Virus record (IMG/VR): IMGVR_UViG_3300042544_001941
Strand: one strand, 5' to 3'
From: a virus
Length of the DNA: 64,000 nucleotides
Shown: piece after piece, positions 1 through 9,734 of the stretch
Numbering within the stretch: the stretch's first letter is position 1
Layout of the letters: each line of letters opens with the position of its first letter
Translations under genes and position numbers: made by a program
The notes under the pieces: model-generated
What the model saw: the letters and a program-made list of their open reading frames with translations, nothing else
What the model was told of the DNA's origin: nothing
Databases searched by the model: none

Positions 1-1
1 C

Positions 2-229
2 GAATATTATTACAACGAGGACACCAGAAGGCTATACGTTGAATTTTCTACAAAAGAAGACCTTGACAAGTTTTATAGAATTTTAGAACTTGATTTTGGT
101 GATATTGAATTGTATTCTCCTGAGATTATTGATGAGTATGATTTAAACGAAATAGAAGAAGATTTCATAATTGATTTGGTTAATCAGTATCTAACTGAAA
201 ATGATTTACCCGATGAAATTATTTTGTAA
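2..229 (+). CDS. Partial (5'-truncated) acidic hypothetical protein
   Basis: Open frame from the window edge, EYYYNEDTRRLY...LPDEIIL*, ending TAA at 227-229. Confidence 0.75.
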   Translation, partial: EYYYNEDTRRLYVEFSTKEDLDKFYRILELDFGDIELYSPEIIDEYDLNEIEEDFIIDLVNQYLTENDLPDEIIL

Positions 230-241
230 TATTTATATAGT

Positions 242-610
242 ATGGGATTCCTAAGTGATGAAAATAAAGAAAGATTAAATGCGTTCGTTAAGTTCGTTAA
301 AAAAGAACTTGAACTTGAAACCGTTCCTACAATTGTAATTAAAGGGAATAGAGATGGTCTTAAAACAACTGCCAACTATGATTACACCAAAGAAAACAAG
401 ATAATTAAGGTTTTCGGTAAAGGTCGTATGTTAGTTGATGTTATGAGAAGTGTTGCACACGAAATGGTTCATCACAAACAATATGAACAAGGTCGCCTCG
501 AAGTTAGACCACCCGATATCGGTGGTGAAATTGAGGATGAGGCAAATGCAAAAGCAGGTCAATACATTAAAATGTATTCAAAAATCGACCCAACAATTTA
601 CGATAGTTAA
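242..610 (+). CDS. Small zincin-like (HExxH) metallopeptidase domain protein
   Basis: VAHEMVHHKQ motif plus downstream EDEANA; preceded by TATTTATA. Confidence 0.7.
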   Translation: MGFLSDENKERLNAFVKFVKKELELETVPTIVIKGNRDGLKTTANYDYTKENKIIKVFGKGRMLVDVMRSVAHEMVHHKQYEQGRLEVRPPDIGGEIEDEANAKAGQYIKMYSKIDPTIYDS

Positions 611-1227
611 TTTCTATTAAATAATAATTCTATCGAATAATTGAATCTACCTATCACTCTTTGACCTTCTTTAACATAAAACCATTTTTTTGGTGTGGTT
701 AAATATAATTCAGTGGCGTAAGATACACCTCTTGAATTAGTAGAAGCAGAAAACCCATAATCTGTCATACCAGACTTACTATCTCTAATCTCTAATAAAT
801 TAGGATAAATGAAAGTACTGCTACTTCCTCCCTCATATACTTCACAAACCCCATTAATTCGACTTCTAAGGTTATCAAATATTTTTAAACCGTAGATGTT
901 AGGGTTACCAAAATTCCATTGGTCCCCTATTACGTATTTTCTTTGAGCAATTAATGAAGTGGTATCACATCTTATAACATATCTATTACCAATTCTATTG
1001 ATTACATACCAATCACCCAAACCAATGTAGTTTGTTGTGTTTGAACTTCCCGCATCAACAAACATACCAATATCGTCTTTTTCATTGGTAGTTTGAATTT
1101 GAATTCTATAAGATTTCAAATAAAATGGAGTGGGTCCCGATAACTGTTGTAAGATACTTGATGGTTGCTCATATTTCTCACACCCTATAAGAAATACCAC
1201 TAATAATAGACCTAATATTCTTCTCAT
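607..1227 (-). CDS. Lipoprotein, hypothetical
   Basis: Likely start MRRILGLLLVVFLIGC (lipobox); Bacteroidota-type promoter upstream. Confidence 0.7.
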   Translation of the reverse strand: MRRILGLLLVVFLIGCEKYEQPSSILQQLSGPTPFYLKSYRIQIQTTNEKDDIGMFVDAGSSNTTNYIGLGDWYVINRIGNRYVIRCDTTSLIAQRKYVIGDQWNFGNPNIYGLKIFDNLRSRINGVCEVYEGGSSSTFIYPNLLEIRDSKSGMTDYGFSASTNSRGVSYATELYLTTPKKWFYVKEGQRVIGRFNYSIELLFNRN

Positions 1228-1243
1228 AACTTCAAAATTTGAA

Positions 1244-1273
1244 CAAAAATATGTATTTTTTTGAATATACAAA
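1244..1273 (-). promoter_or_regulatory. Bacteroidota sigma70-type promoter (-33 TTTG / -7 TATTTTTG)
   Basis: TTTG-N18-TATTTTTG on the minus strand upstream of the lipoprotein. Confidence 0.55.
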
Positions 1274-1308
1274 AATATTTCAAATATTTTTTTTACTATT
1301 TATCATAT

Positions 1309-1563
1309 ATGAAGATATTAATAAGTGAAAAACAACTAAAAGGATTGTTTAAAAGTACTGATAATCAAGAGATTGATGAGCAGGAGGACGCGGCCGCCGC
1401 ACAACCTGAAACAGGAACATCCTCCACCCAATCAGGTGGTCAAGGATACCCCGAGGTAGGTGTTTGGGAAAGTGGGGTTACTCGAGGACCTGCAAACAAG
1501 ATTGATAACAGTAAAATGGAGGACAGAATTAAAGAAAGAGGAAAAGCGAATAAATTGAAATAA
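1309..1563 (+). CDS. Hypothetical, probable internal head protein
   Basis: MKILISEKQLKGL start 4 nt after TATTTATC; I-x-E/EQ motifs typical of gp21-processed proteins. Confidence 0.6.
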   Translation: MKILISEKQLKGLFKSTDNQEIDEQEDAAAAQPETGTSSTQSGGQGYPEVGVWESGVTRGPANKIDNSKMEDRIKERGKANKLK

Positions 1564-1603
1564 ATAACTTTTATAGGATATTTATATAGTAATCAAAAGA
1601 TAA

Positions 1604-2881
1604 ATGGAAAATTTTAACATAACTGGTGACGGTAGATATGTACAAATGTTGGGTAGACTCGTTGATTTACACACCGACATTTCAACTGATATAGATTCTC
1701 CAAATCCTATATTTGTTTGTGAAATGTATAAAAACCAATTTGCATTTGCTTACAAAGAAAACCTTTTTGAATCGACCGATTTATTTAAAAAAATGAAACA
1801 ACTAATTTATCCAATGATGGGTAATAATAGTGGTTACATTATGGAATATGAGGTTAGATATGGTAACAACTTAATCTTCGAATCTGAAGATAAATACAGA
1901 ACTGAACAAATAATTCTTGAGTCTTGGGATTTTGTAAAGAACAAATTGTACGAACAATGTCCAATGATTATTCAGGAGTATTCTTGGGATGAGTTTAAAT
2001 CCGATGTTGGGAATACTTGGAATAAAACGAAAGAAGTTGCAGGAAAGGCTTGGGATAAAACAAAAGAAGTTGCAGGAAAAGCTTGGGAAGGTATTAAAGA
2101 CGCAGGTGCTTGGATTTTAAAAAAGGGATTACCTTGGTTCTTCCAAAAATTAGAAGATTTTCTAATATCTCCAGTAGGAATTGGTTTAGATATTGCATTA
2201 ACTGCAATTGGTGTTGGTAAAGTTGCTACCGGAGTTTTATGGGGAGCAATTTTAGTTTGGAAAATATATCAATTAGTATCAGGACAACTTGACGCTACAA
2301 GTATTTGGACATATCTCGATATTGCGGTTTGTGTACTCGGAGTTGGTTTTTCAGGAGCAGCTAAAGCCGCGAGAGTGACACTAAAAGCCGCGGGAAAAAA
2401 TGTTGCAAAATTAGGAGCAAAATTCTTTGGTCCAATTCTAAACGTTATTGGTAAGGGTGCTCGTTGGTTGATTGGTGTGATGTTAAAACCATTAGAATGG
2501 CTAGCAAAGGCATTAGGACCAAATGCAACAAAATTAATACAAACATTTAAAGGTAAAATTGATAATATTTTTACTAAAATGTCAGAAGCAATTACAAAAG
2601 CCGCAGGTAGTAACGCACCTTCAGTTGGTTCAGTAGTTAAACAACAAATAAAAAGAGATATAGTGGTACCCGGTTTGAAGGCGGTAAAAGGAAGAGGTCC
2701 GGTATCAATAGCCACCGCAGCTAAAAAAGGAGCAACTGCAGGATTGGCATTTGCTGGCGGAACTGCACTTTTAAATAAAGGTGTCGAGGCTTATCGCGAA
2801 AGAAACGGTTCACCCACAGCAGCAAAGTTAGATGATATTAAATTAGATGGTGCAACATATGATTTTGAAACATCATTATAA
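1604..2881 (+). CDS. Putative virion/ejected protein with Trp 11-mer repeats and Gly/Ala/Lys-rich amphipathic and TM helices
   Basis: W(D/N)KTKEVAGKA repeats (33-bp DNA repeat ~2018-2087); hydrophobic PVGIGLDIALTAIGVG segment. Confidence 0.6.
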   Translation: MENFNITGDGRYVQMLGRLVDLHTDISTDIDSPNPIFVCEMYKNQFAFAYKENLFESTDLFKKMKQLIYPMMGNNSGYIMEYEVRYGNNLIFESEDKYRTEQIILESWDFVKNKLYEQCPMIIQEYSWDEFKSDVGNTWNKTKEVAGKAWDKTKEVAGKAWEGIKDAGAWILKKGLPWFFQKLEDFLISPVGIGLDIALTAIGVGKVATGVLWGAILVWKIYQLVSGQLDATSIWTYLDIAVCVLGVGFSGAAKAARVTLKAAGKNVAKLGAKFFGPILNVIGKGARWLIGVMLKPLEWLAKALGPNATKLIQTFKGKIDNIFTKMSEAITKAAGSNAPSVGSVVKQQIKRDIVVPGLKAVKGRGPVSIATAAKKGATAGLAFAGGTALLNKGVEAYRERNGSPTAAKLDDIKLDGATYDFETSL

Positions 2882-2893
2882 AAACAAAAAAAT

Positions 2894-4708
2894 ATGAAAA
2901 AGATAGAACTTAATGAACAAGTAGATAGGGTTAAAGTCCTTATGGGTATTAAAGATACTAATGTTATTGTTGAGAACAATGATTTAGTTGATGATGGTAT
3001 GATTTATGAAAATCAAGAATCGTTAGATGAGCAACTTAAAGCTTTATTGAGAAATTTTAGTGATGACGCGATAAAACTTTTAGGTGGTGAAATTAAGGGA
3101 CTCCCAATGTTTAAAGGTTCTGCAGATGATGCGGTTGCGTTTTTAAAGAGAGCAAGAGAAGGAAAGGCATTGTCAGGAGAACTTGGTAACTTTAGTAAAG
3201 GTATTTTAAAAGACACCAAATTTGTTAAAAGTAATCCAGGTTTATTTGATGATGCAATTAAAAATTACACAAAAGAGTTAATGGGTTCAAAAAGTAGTTT
3301 AGCTACTCAATTTCAGGGAGCATCAAGAGCAGACCGTATGATGTTATTGAAAAATGCGGGTTATCCTGAAGCGACTATTAATAGAATTGTTAAACAGGCT
3401 GATGATATTGCTGTTGGTGCAGTGAAAAAGGCGGATGATGTTGTAACAACCGCAGCTAAAGGTAATAAAATACCAACAGGAGGAGTTCCTAAAACTCTTC
3501 CACCTAAAACTGCGGGTAGTGTTCCAGCAGCCACTAGTACTCCACTTAAAGAGGTTACTAAATTAAAAGAAGTAGTAAAAGGTGAAGCGGCGGCAATGAC
3601 TGCAGTTGAGAAGGCGGGTTACAATATCGGAAAATATGGTGCAAACGTGTGGAGCAAAATAAAAGGTCTAAAGGGTAAAATGTCAGTTAAACAAGCATTA
3701 TTATATGGACTTGCGGGTTATGGTGCTTATGAATTAGTTAAAGGTATGTTCGGTAAAGATGGAAAAAATGCTGATGGTGTTTTACCTTCTTGTGTTGCTA
3801 ATTTACCTGATGTAGAATTTGTAATCGGACAAGGAGATGTCGTGGTTGCAAGAATACCTGACGGTGTTGACGAAAAATCAAAAAATCGAGGAGGTTTGGA
3901 ATTCTGGCCAAATGGTAGAGCTATTAGTGTTGATAGAGAAGTAAGAGGTAACTATTACTGTAAAGGAACTAGTGGTGGTTCGGAAGAAATAAGTGCCACA
4001 ATTGCTGAACAGGCAACAGATGAAACATATTCTAATATTCATATTGATTGGGATGGTGAAAAGGCGTCAGGTGGTGGCGGAGGAAAAATAGACGATGCTG
4101 GTCCTGCTAGAACAAGGTCCACATATAAACCTTGTGCCAATTTTGATTTAACACCAGGTTGTAAGAGTGATTATGTGAGAGAAGTACAATTATGTTTAGG
4201 TTTACCTCAAAAATATCAAACAGGTAATTTTGGACCTATAACAACTAAAGCATTGAGCGATGCAGGATATGATGGTTCAAAATTAACAAAAGATGTTTAT
4301 TTGAAAATAACAAGTAACTGTAATGGTTCTACAACCGGAACTACAACAGAACCAACAAAAAGATTAGATGCTGAACCAATAAAATTACCAACAAGAGATA
4401 TTAAATTACCATCTGCTATTGATATGAAGTTACCTCAAATAGCTCCTATAATTCAGTCTAATCAACAACCGGTAGATTTATATACCGCACTTAAAGATGC
4501 TGGATATCTTAAAGGAGATGCAAATGAAACAAGATTAGAAGATGGTACAGTATTACCGGCAACAAATAGAGTAAAATATAAAGGTCCTGATTTAGATGCT
4601 GAAACTGTTAGTAAATTAGACACTACTTTGTCAGGATTGGGTTATGATAGAATCAAACAAAAATTAGATAAAAGTTACGGTGACAAATACGTTTGGTTAA
4701 AAAGATAA
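2894..4708 (+). CDS. Putative virion protein with peptidoglycan-binding-like domain
   Basis: GCKSDYVREVQLCLGL...TGNFGPITTKAL resembles PG_binding_1; N-terminal LNEQVDRVKVLMG. Confidence 0.55.
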   Translation: MKKIELNEQVDRVKVLMGIKDTNVIVENNDLVDDGMIYENQESLDEQLKALLRNFSDDAIKLLGGEIKGLPMFKGSADDAVAFLKRAREGKALSGELGNFSKGILKDTKFVKSNPGLFDDAIKNYTKELMGSKSSLATQFQGASRADRMMLLKNAGYPEATINRIVKQADDIAVGAVKKADDVVTTAAKGNKIPTGGVPKTLPPKTAGSVPAATSTPLKEVTKLKEVVKGEAAAMTAVEKAGYNIGKYGANVWSKIKGLKGKMSVKQALLYGLAGYGAYELVKGMFGKDGKNADGVLPSCVANLPDVEFVIGQGDVVVARIPDGVDEKSKNRGGLEFWPNGRAISVDREVRGNYYCKGTSGGSEEISATIAEQATDETYSNIHIDWDGEKASGGGGGKIDDAGPARTRSTYKPCANFDLTPGCKSDYVREVQLCLGLPQKYQTGNFGPITTKALSDAGYDGSKLTKDVYLKITSNCNGSTTGTTTEPTKRLDAEPIKLPTRDIKLPSAIDMKLPQIAPIIQSNQQPVDLYTALKDAGYLKGDANETRLEDGTVLPATNRVKYKGPDLDAETVSKLDTTLSGLGYDRIKQKLDKSYGDKYVWLKR

Positions 4709-4717
4709 TTAAAATTT

Positions 4718-5338
4718 ATGGACACTTTAAATAAAAAATTAAAAGAGGAGTTACTTAAAATAAGAAAAAATCGTATTCAAGAATCATTAAATGAATTAAG
4801 TGATATTGAAGATGTTAATTTCTTATTTACACAATATCTAAGTAAAACCGGTAAATTACTTGAAGAAGGTTATACTATTGAAGAAATTGAATTGGTTTCT
4901 GAACAATTTTTAGATAAACTACAACAAGGAGTTGGTGCAGTTGCTGGCGATGTATGGAAAAATACTAACGTTTTCGACGCATTAATTGGTGGTGGTTTAG
5001 GTACAATAAAAGAACAAGTTATTAGATGGATATTAGTTCAACTTGGTGTTGGTCAAGGTGCTGCAAACGCAATGGCCGCGGCTCTTGAACAAATGGACCC
5101 AAGAGACTTGTTAAAAGTATTTAAAACTCCTGAATTGTGTAGAGAAAAAATGCCAGGAATTTCAGACGCAATTATGGCAGGTATTAGAGGTTATATGCAA
5201 TTCGGTGAAAAATCAGTAGGTTTAAATGTCGCTGACCAAGCAAAATCGGGTTTAGGTAATATCATTGATGAATTGATAAAACAATCAAATATTGGTGAAT
5301 TGGCTGGTAATAAACTTTGCGGAGTAATTTGGAAATAA
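4718..5338 (+). CDS. Hypothetical protein (probable virion-associated)
   Basis: 206-aa ORF in operon; I-Q-E/V-S-E-Q motifs followed by Gly-rich helices. Confidence 0.6.
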   Translation: MDTLNKKLKEELLKIRKNRIQESLNELSDIEDVNFLFTQYLSKTGKLLEEGYTIEEIELVSEQFLDKLQQGVGAVAGDVWKNTNVFDALIGGGLGTIKEQVIRWILVQLGVGQGAANAMAAALEQMDPRDLLKVFKTPELCREKMPGISDAIMAGIRGYMQFGEKSVGLNVADQAKSGLGNIIDELIKQSNIGELAGNKLCGVIWK

Positions 5339-6282
5339 TGGAAAACTTTAAAGAAAAAAAATACACAAAATCGGAATCTTACGAACCAACAAATCAAGAA
5401 GTATCCGAAGGATGGGGTGAAAATTTACTACAACTTGTTGGATTTGTACCAGTAATTGGTGAAATTGCAGATATTGCATTAATTATACATTATTATAGAC
5501 AAGATAGAAAAATTGAAGCTGGTTTAATGTTATTTGCGTTAATCCCAACCTTTGGTGATTTCCTCGTTAAACCATTCTTAAGATTAGGTAAAGCTGCAGG
5601 TGCATTTAAAACATCTGCGACATTTTTAAAATATTTATCAGACAATCCTGCAGCAAAGGCGGCATATTCTAAAATTGGTAAACAACTTGATAACCCTCAA
5701 ATTGCAAAATTAGTTGGTCAAGTAAATAAAGTTTCACCAGGTAACGCCACAATATTGAAAAACGCACAAAATTTACAAAAAGGTTTAATGGGTAAGGTTC
5801 AAGGTATGGCAACTACCGCAACTAAAACATTAGAAAGAGGTGTTGGTAAAACTGTTAAACAAAATTTTCAAAATCAAGCGTTACAAAGATTCTTAGTAAA
5901 CACAGGTGGTAAAGCACCTAGTAATTTTATTTCAAGATGGTGGAATGTTGTTTATGGTGGAAGAATGATGAGAAAAAACGTTGTTAGAAAATTAATACTT
6001 GGTAGTAATTTATTAGGTACATTTGGTTTCCCAAACATACAAACATTTGAAAATTTTATGCGTAATCCAGGTGATAATCCTGAATTAGCGGAAAAATTAT
6101 TAAAAGACCCTGAATTTGCAAAAATTTATAACAATTCACTTTCGGACGAAGAAAAATCATCATTAGAAAAATCTGGAGATAGTAGTGCAGAAAAAAGTCC
6201 TGGTGTTGTTGACAGTGCAATGGACGGTTTTAAAGGAATGGTTGGTTTAAGTTTATTAAAATCTTTCGCTCGTTTTGTTTAA
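5338..6282 (+). CDS. Protein with pre-toxin TG (PT-TG)-like segment
   Basis: LVGFVPVIGEIADIAL...AGLMLFALIPTFGD pattern; ATG overlaps previous stop (TAATG). Confidence 0.55.
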   Translation: MENFKEKKYTKSESYEPTNQEVSEGWGENLLQLVGFVPVIGEIADIALIIHYYRQDRKIEAGLMLFALIPTFGDFLVKPFLRLGKAAGAFKTSATFLKYLSDNPAAKAAYSKIGKQLDNPQIAKLVGQVNKVSPGNATILKNAQNLQKGLMGKVQGMATTATKTLERGVGKTVKQNFQNQALQRFLVNTGGKAPSNFISRWWNVVYGGRMMRKNVVRKLILGSNLLGTFGFPNIQTFENFMRNPGDNPELAEKLLKDPEFAKIYNNSLSDEEKSSLEKSGDSSAEKSPGVVDSAMDGFKGMVGLSLLKSFARFV

Positions 6283-6299
6283 TTTGTGATATTTATTAA

Positions 6300-6404
6300 T
6301 AGAGTTTAATTGGTTTGGTCGCCGTTAAACGATAACGATTATAAAACGAAAAGGAGGTATTCAAATCTCGGCAAAGGGTCTTCGGACCTTTTGTTCGTTT
6401 ATAC
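6300..6404 (+). ncRNA. Putative small late RNA 'A' carrying an extended Shine-Dalgarno sequence
   Basis: Follows TATTTATT (6290-6297); no canonical start codon; hairpins gtttaattgg/ccgttaaac, gaggt/atctc and aaagggtc-TTCG-gacctttt. Confidence 0.5.
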
Positions 6405-6423
6405 CTATTTACATTAAAACAAT

Positions 6424-7368
6424 ATGTTAAATAAAGTCAAACTTCACGTGTTTGGTGACTCTTTTACACAAACATTTAAATCTCATAGAACAGGTGGTTC
6501 AGCTTGGGGTAACAAGTATATGGATTACATTGGTGAGGTTCCTGAAAATTACACAGAATTAATCGCTAACCATTTCAATTACGATTTACACAATTACGCA
6601 GTTGGTGGCTGTTCAAATTATACAATATTCGATAAATTTTTCGAGAATAGAAAAAACATATCAGAAGGTGATATTGTAATTTTTGGTTGGACCGCAATAA
6701 ATAGATTTAGAATTGCAAATCACCAAAACAGATACGTTGATATATTACCAAATACTCCTCACCCAAAACAAAATGATGATGTTGATTTAAGAACAACACA
6801 AGAAATTGCTATTAATAGAGATTCGTATAGTATCTATTGGAAAGAGTTGGAACAATTTGTAAAAATCATAAATGAATTGTTAAAAAATAACACAGTATAT
6901 CATTGGAGTTGGTGTTTACCATCAAGTGATATTGTCGATAACATATGGTCAGAAGATAATCTCAGCCATAAAAATGTTATGATGGCCAGGTCTTGGAAAA
7001 ATATAGATATTGACGTTAAAAATGCAATTGGTAGAAGTTGTGATTTGTTACTTGATTTAGCCAAACCGTTTGATATGGATGAAATTAAGTCGTTAGTGAA
7101 TAGTGGTAAGAGAGTGTTCGGTGTTAATATTGAATTGGCTCCGTTAAACATTTTAGGACCATTTTATCAAACATTTAATTGTGTTGAATATAATTCCACC
7201 AACCACAGAAAAGAATGTTTTAAATTGTTCTTACCGTATTATAGTTACGAAACAATTAGACAGGAAACGAATGGTAATATACCTGACATCCATTATAGTA
7301 GAAATGGACACAAAGATTTAGCAAATACATTTATAGAATTACTTGAAACAAAAAAACCCATCGAATGA
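6424..7368 (+). CDS. SGNH/GDSL-hydrolase-like protein
   Basis: FGDSFT block I, NYAVGGCSN block II, C-terminal DIHYSRNGH. Confidence 0.7.
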   Translation: MLNKVKLHVFGDSFTQTFKSHRTGGSAWGNKYMDYIGEVPENYTELIANHFNYDLHNYAVGGCSNYTIFDKFFENRKNISEGDIVIFGWTAINRFRIANHQNRYVDILPNTPHPKQNDDVDLRTTQEIAINRDSYSIYWKELEQFVKIINELLKNNTVYHWSWCLPSSDIVDNIWSEDNLSHKNVMMARSWKNIDIDVKNAIGRSCDLLLDLAKPFDMDEIKSLVNSGKRVFGVNIELAPLNILGPFYQTFNCVEYNSTNHRKECFKLFLPYYSYETIRQETNGNIPDIHYSRNGHKDLANTFIELLETKKPIE

Positions 7369-7381
7369 TGGGTTTAGTTTT
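7351..7381. terminator. Bidirectional intrinsic terminator
   Basis: aaaaaacccatc-gaat-gatgggttt between convergent SGNH gene and tmRNA. Confidence 0.65.
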
Positions 7382-7772
7382 TGGTGGAGGTGACGGGAGT
7401 CGAACCCGTGTCTTTCCTGCTCAACAATAAATGACTACACGTTTATTCAATTGGTTCTCAACTGACAAATAGTTTGTTTCATATAAGTGGGAACGAAACC
7501 AACAAACAACCTGGTCTCAGAGTTATTTTAAACGAGCTCTGACCTGTGACCCGTTTCAGTGGACTTCTGTTCCTAGGTATATGTCCTGACCGACCCGAGA
7601 TAGGAGTCTAACTTAGTTAGGCTGCTACTTTAGAAGTTGCAAGTAAACCTGCTACTTCCATATTGTTGTAAACGTTGCCGCTTAAAATTTTTCACCGTGG
7701 ATTTAAGTCATAGATGAATTCTGACTACGTGCCATTTATCCCTGATACCTGAAATCAATACCAGACACCCCC
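7382..7772 (-). ncRNA. ssrA: tmRNA
   Basis: 5' GGGGGTG pairs with 3' CACCTCC-ACCA with G3.U70; T-arm GGTTCGACTCC; tag frame 7679-7617 GNVYNNMEVAGLLATSKVAA*. Confidence 0.93.
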
Positions 7773-7856
7773 GTAAATAAAAGAACTAATACAAATGTAG
7801 ATAAAAAAGGGTTAAAAAACTAATTTTAACCCATAATTTTATATTTCAATAGTTAA

Positions 7857-8159
7857 TTACTTCTTTGCTGCTGGTTTTCTACCTTTACGGGAACCAGAAC
7901 CTTTTGCCGCGTTTACTACGTCCTTTGTTTGTTTAACAACCTCTTTAGCCGCTTTAGCAACGTCCTTAGTTTCTTCAACTACTCTTTTTGTTTTTTCTTT
8001 AACTTCTTTAACTACTTCCTTAACTTCTTCGATTTTCTCTTCGATTACGTCAGGGATATTGTTATTGTCCTTATCTTCGATTTTACCCGTTTTCATAAGG
8101 AAGAATGTTGCACCTGCTGCTAATGCTAATGCTACTAAAACTAAAATAACTGTCATCAT
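7857..8159 (-). CDS. Membrane-anchored Lys/Glu-rich coiled-coil protein
   Basis: N-terminal TM, DKDNNNIPD motif, repeated EVKE/DVAK, basic tail. Confidence 0.7.
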   Translation of the reverse strand: MMTVILVLVALALAAGATFFLMKTGKIEDKDNNNIPDVIEEKIEEVKEVVKEVKEKTKRVVEETKDVAKAAKEVVKQTKDVVNAAKGSGSRKGRKPAAKK

Positions 8160-8186
8160 AAGTGTGTGTTTTTATATAAATAAATA

Positions 8187-9734
8187 TTATCTAAATTGGT
8201 AAAGGGTATTTAAGACCTGGCTAACTTTTGGGGGGTCTAAATCAGGTATCATTGTAGGTGCAAATTTGTGTTTCTTGGTAAAATGTTCTAAACCTCTTTT
8301 ATAATTTTGTTTCCAAGTTTCTGACCTTGCAATTGTTGAATTTTCAATACTATTTTCAATGTCTTCAATATAGTCCCAAGATTTATTAATATCCGCAAAC
8401 CACCAATAAGGTGTTGTAAATCCGTTTTTATATGCTTCTAACGTGTGGTCAACGTGTTCCCACGCATTTTTATAAACCTTATCAAATAATCCAATTTTTT
8501 CAATAACTTCTCTATTGTAATATGAGAATGAACCAACAGAATTAGGATACAACGCAACCTCCACACCATCAGGATATGTTACTATCTGTCTTGGGTTTGG
8601 TTCGGTTAAGTTATTTAATTTCGCTCTCTCTTCTAACGAATCAAACCCCTTAGAACCCTTTTTATTTGCAGGTCCTTGTAGTGCGTAATTAAAATGTTTT
8701 ATACCCGTTAAAACGGAAGTTTTAATATATTGGTTAAAGACGTTTTCATCTTTAATTAGGATATCGTCTTCCATAATAAAAATATGTTCGCATCCTTGGT
8801 CCATTAGATATTGGATTGCTGAATTCTTCGCATACCCAACAGACATATTAGTTTCGTGTTGGATAATATGTGCATTTTTTGGATATAAATTTTCATCATA
8901 TGGTGTACCATCATTTACAATAACAAAATGTTTTACCCAAGAAGGTACTGTAGGTGCAGATTGTACGATTCTATGTTGAGCATCATATGTCACAATACCA
9001 ACACCGATTTTATCTTTATCGTAGTTTAATTTTTCATCAAACGTTTTATTGTTTGTTAAACGTATTGGTAATACGTCTTTGAACTTCTCTTCAAATTGTT
9101 TTTTATTTTCTTCCCATTGTTCATTTGTTTGACCAACAGATTTATGTACAATGTTAAATTTAGTTGTAACACCAATTTTTACACCTTTTGTATAATTTGA
9201 CAAACAGAATGGAATTTCATAAAAATGGAATCCTTTAAAATCTTGGTCGAATGTATCTTTAATTCTATTTTTATGAACCATAAAGAATAAACCATCAACA
9301 CACACAACATCTTTTAATATATCAGAATATGATTCTTTCGAATATTTTGATAACCATCTTTTACCTCCATTTTCGTGATAAACTTCACCTACCATTGATT
9401 TCTTAATTTCCCACCATCTACCATTCACCAAATCGGTTGTACCTGCAATTCCGATAATACCAAACTCAGGATTTTTATCAAATAACTTATTAATTTTTTC
9501 ACCAATACATTTGGTTTCAATTATTAAATCATCGTGCATAAAAACTACAACGTCGTAGATTGAATCTTTCAATCCATCGTTATAAATTTCGGCTAATGAT
9601 GAAATTCCATCATTTTCATAAACAAGTATTTGTGTCTTTGGGTGAGAAAACATTTTCTCAACGTGTTTCAAATACTCGTCGTCAATTTTTCGTGTTGATA
9701 TAACAACACTTACAGGTTGGTTACTCTTCGACAT
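8187..9734 (-). CDS. Two-domain glycosyltransferase (GT2-like x2)
   Basis: VFMHDDL and VNDG...FIMEDD DxD-type motifs. Confidence 0.8.
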   Translation of the reverse strand: MSKSNQPVSVVISTRKIDDEYLKHVEKMFSHPKTQILVYENDGISSLAEIYNDGLKDSIYDVVVFMHDDLIIETKCIGEKINKLFDKNPEFGIIGIAGTTDLVNGRWWEIKKSMVGEVYHENGGKRWLSKYSKESYSDILKDVVCVDGLFFMVHKNRIKDTFDQDFKGFHFYEIPFCLSNYTKGVKIGVTTKFNIVHKSVGQTNEQWEENKKQFEEKFKDVLPIRLTNNKTFDEKLNYDKDKIGVGIVTYDAQHRIVQSAPTVPSWVKHFVIVNDGTPYDENLYPKNAHIIQHETNMSVGYAKNSAIQYLMDQGCEHIFIMEDDILIKDENVFNQYIKTSVLTGIKHFNYALQGPANKKGSKGFDSLEERAKLNNLTEPNPRQIVTYPDGVEVALYPNSVGSFSYYNREVIEKIGLFDKVYKNAWEHVDHTLEAYKNGFTTPYWWFADINKSWDYIEDIENSIENSTIARSETWKQNYKRGLEHFTKKHKFAPTMIPDLDPPKVSQVLNTLYQFR

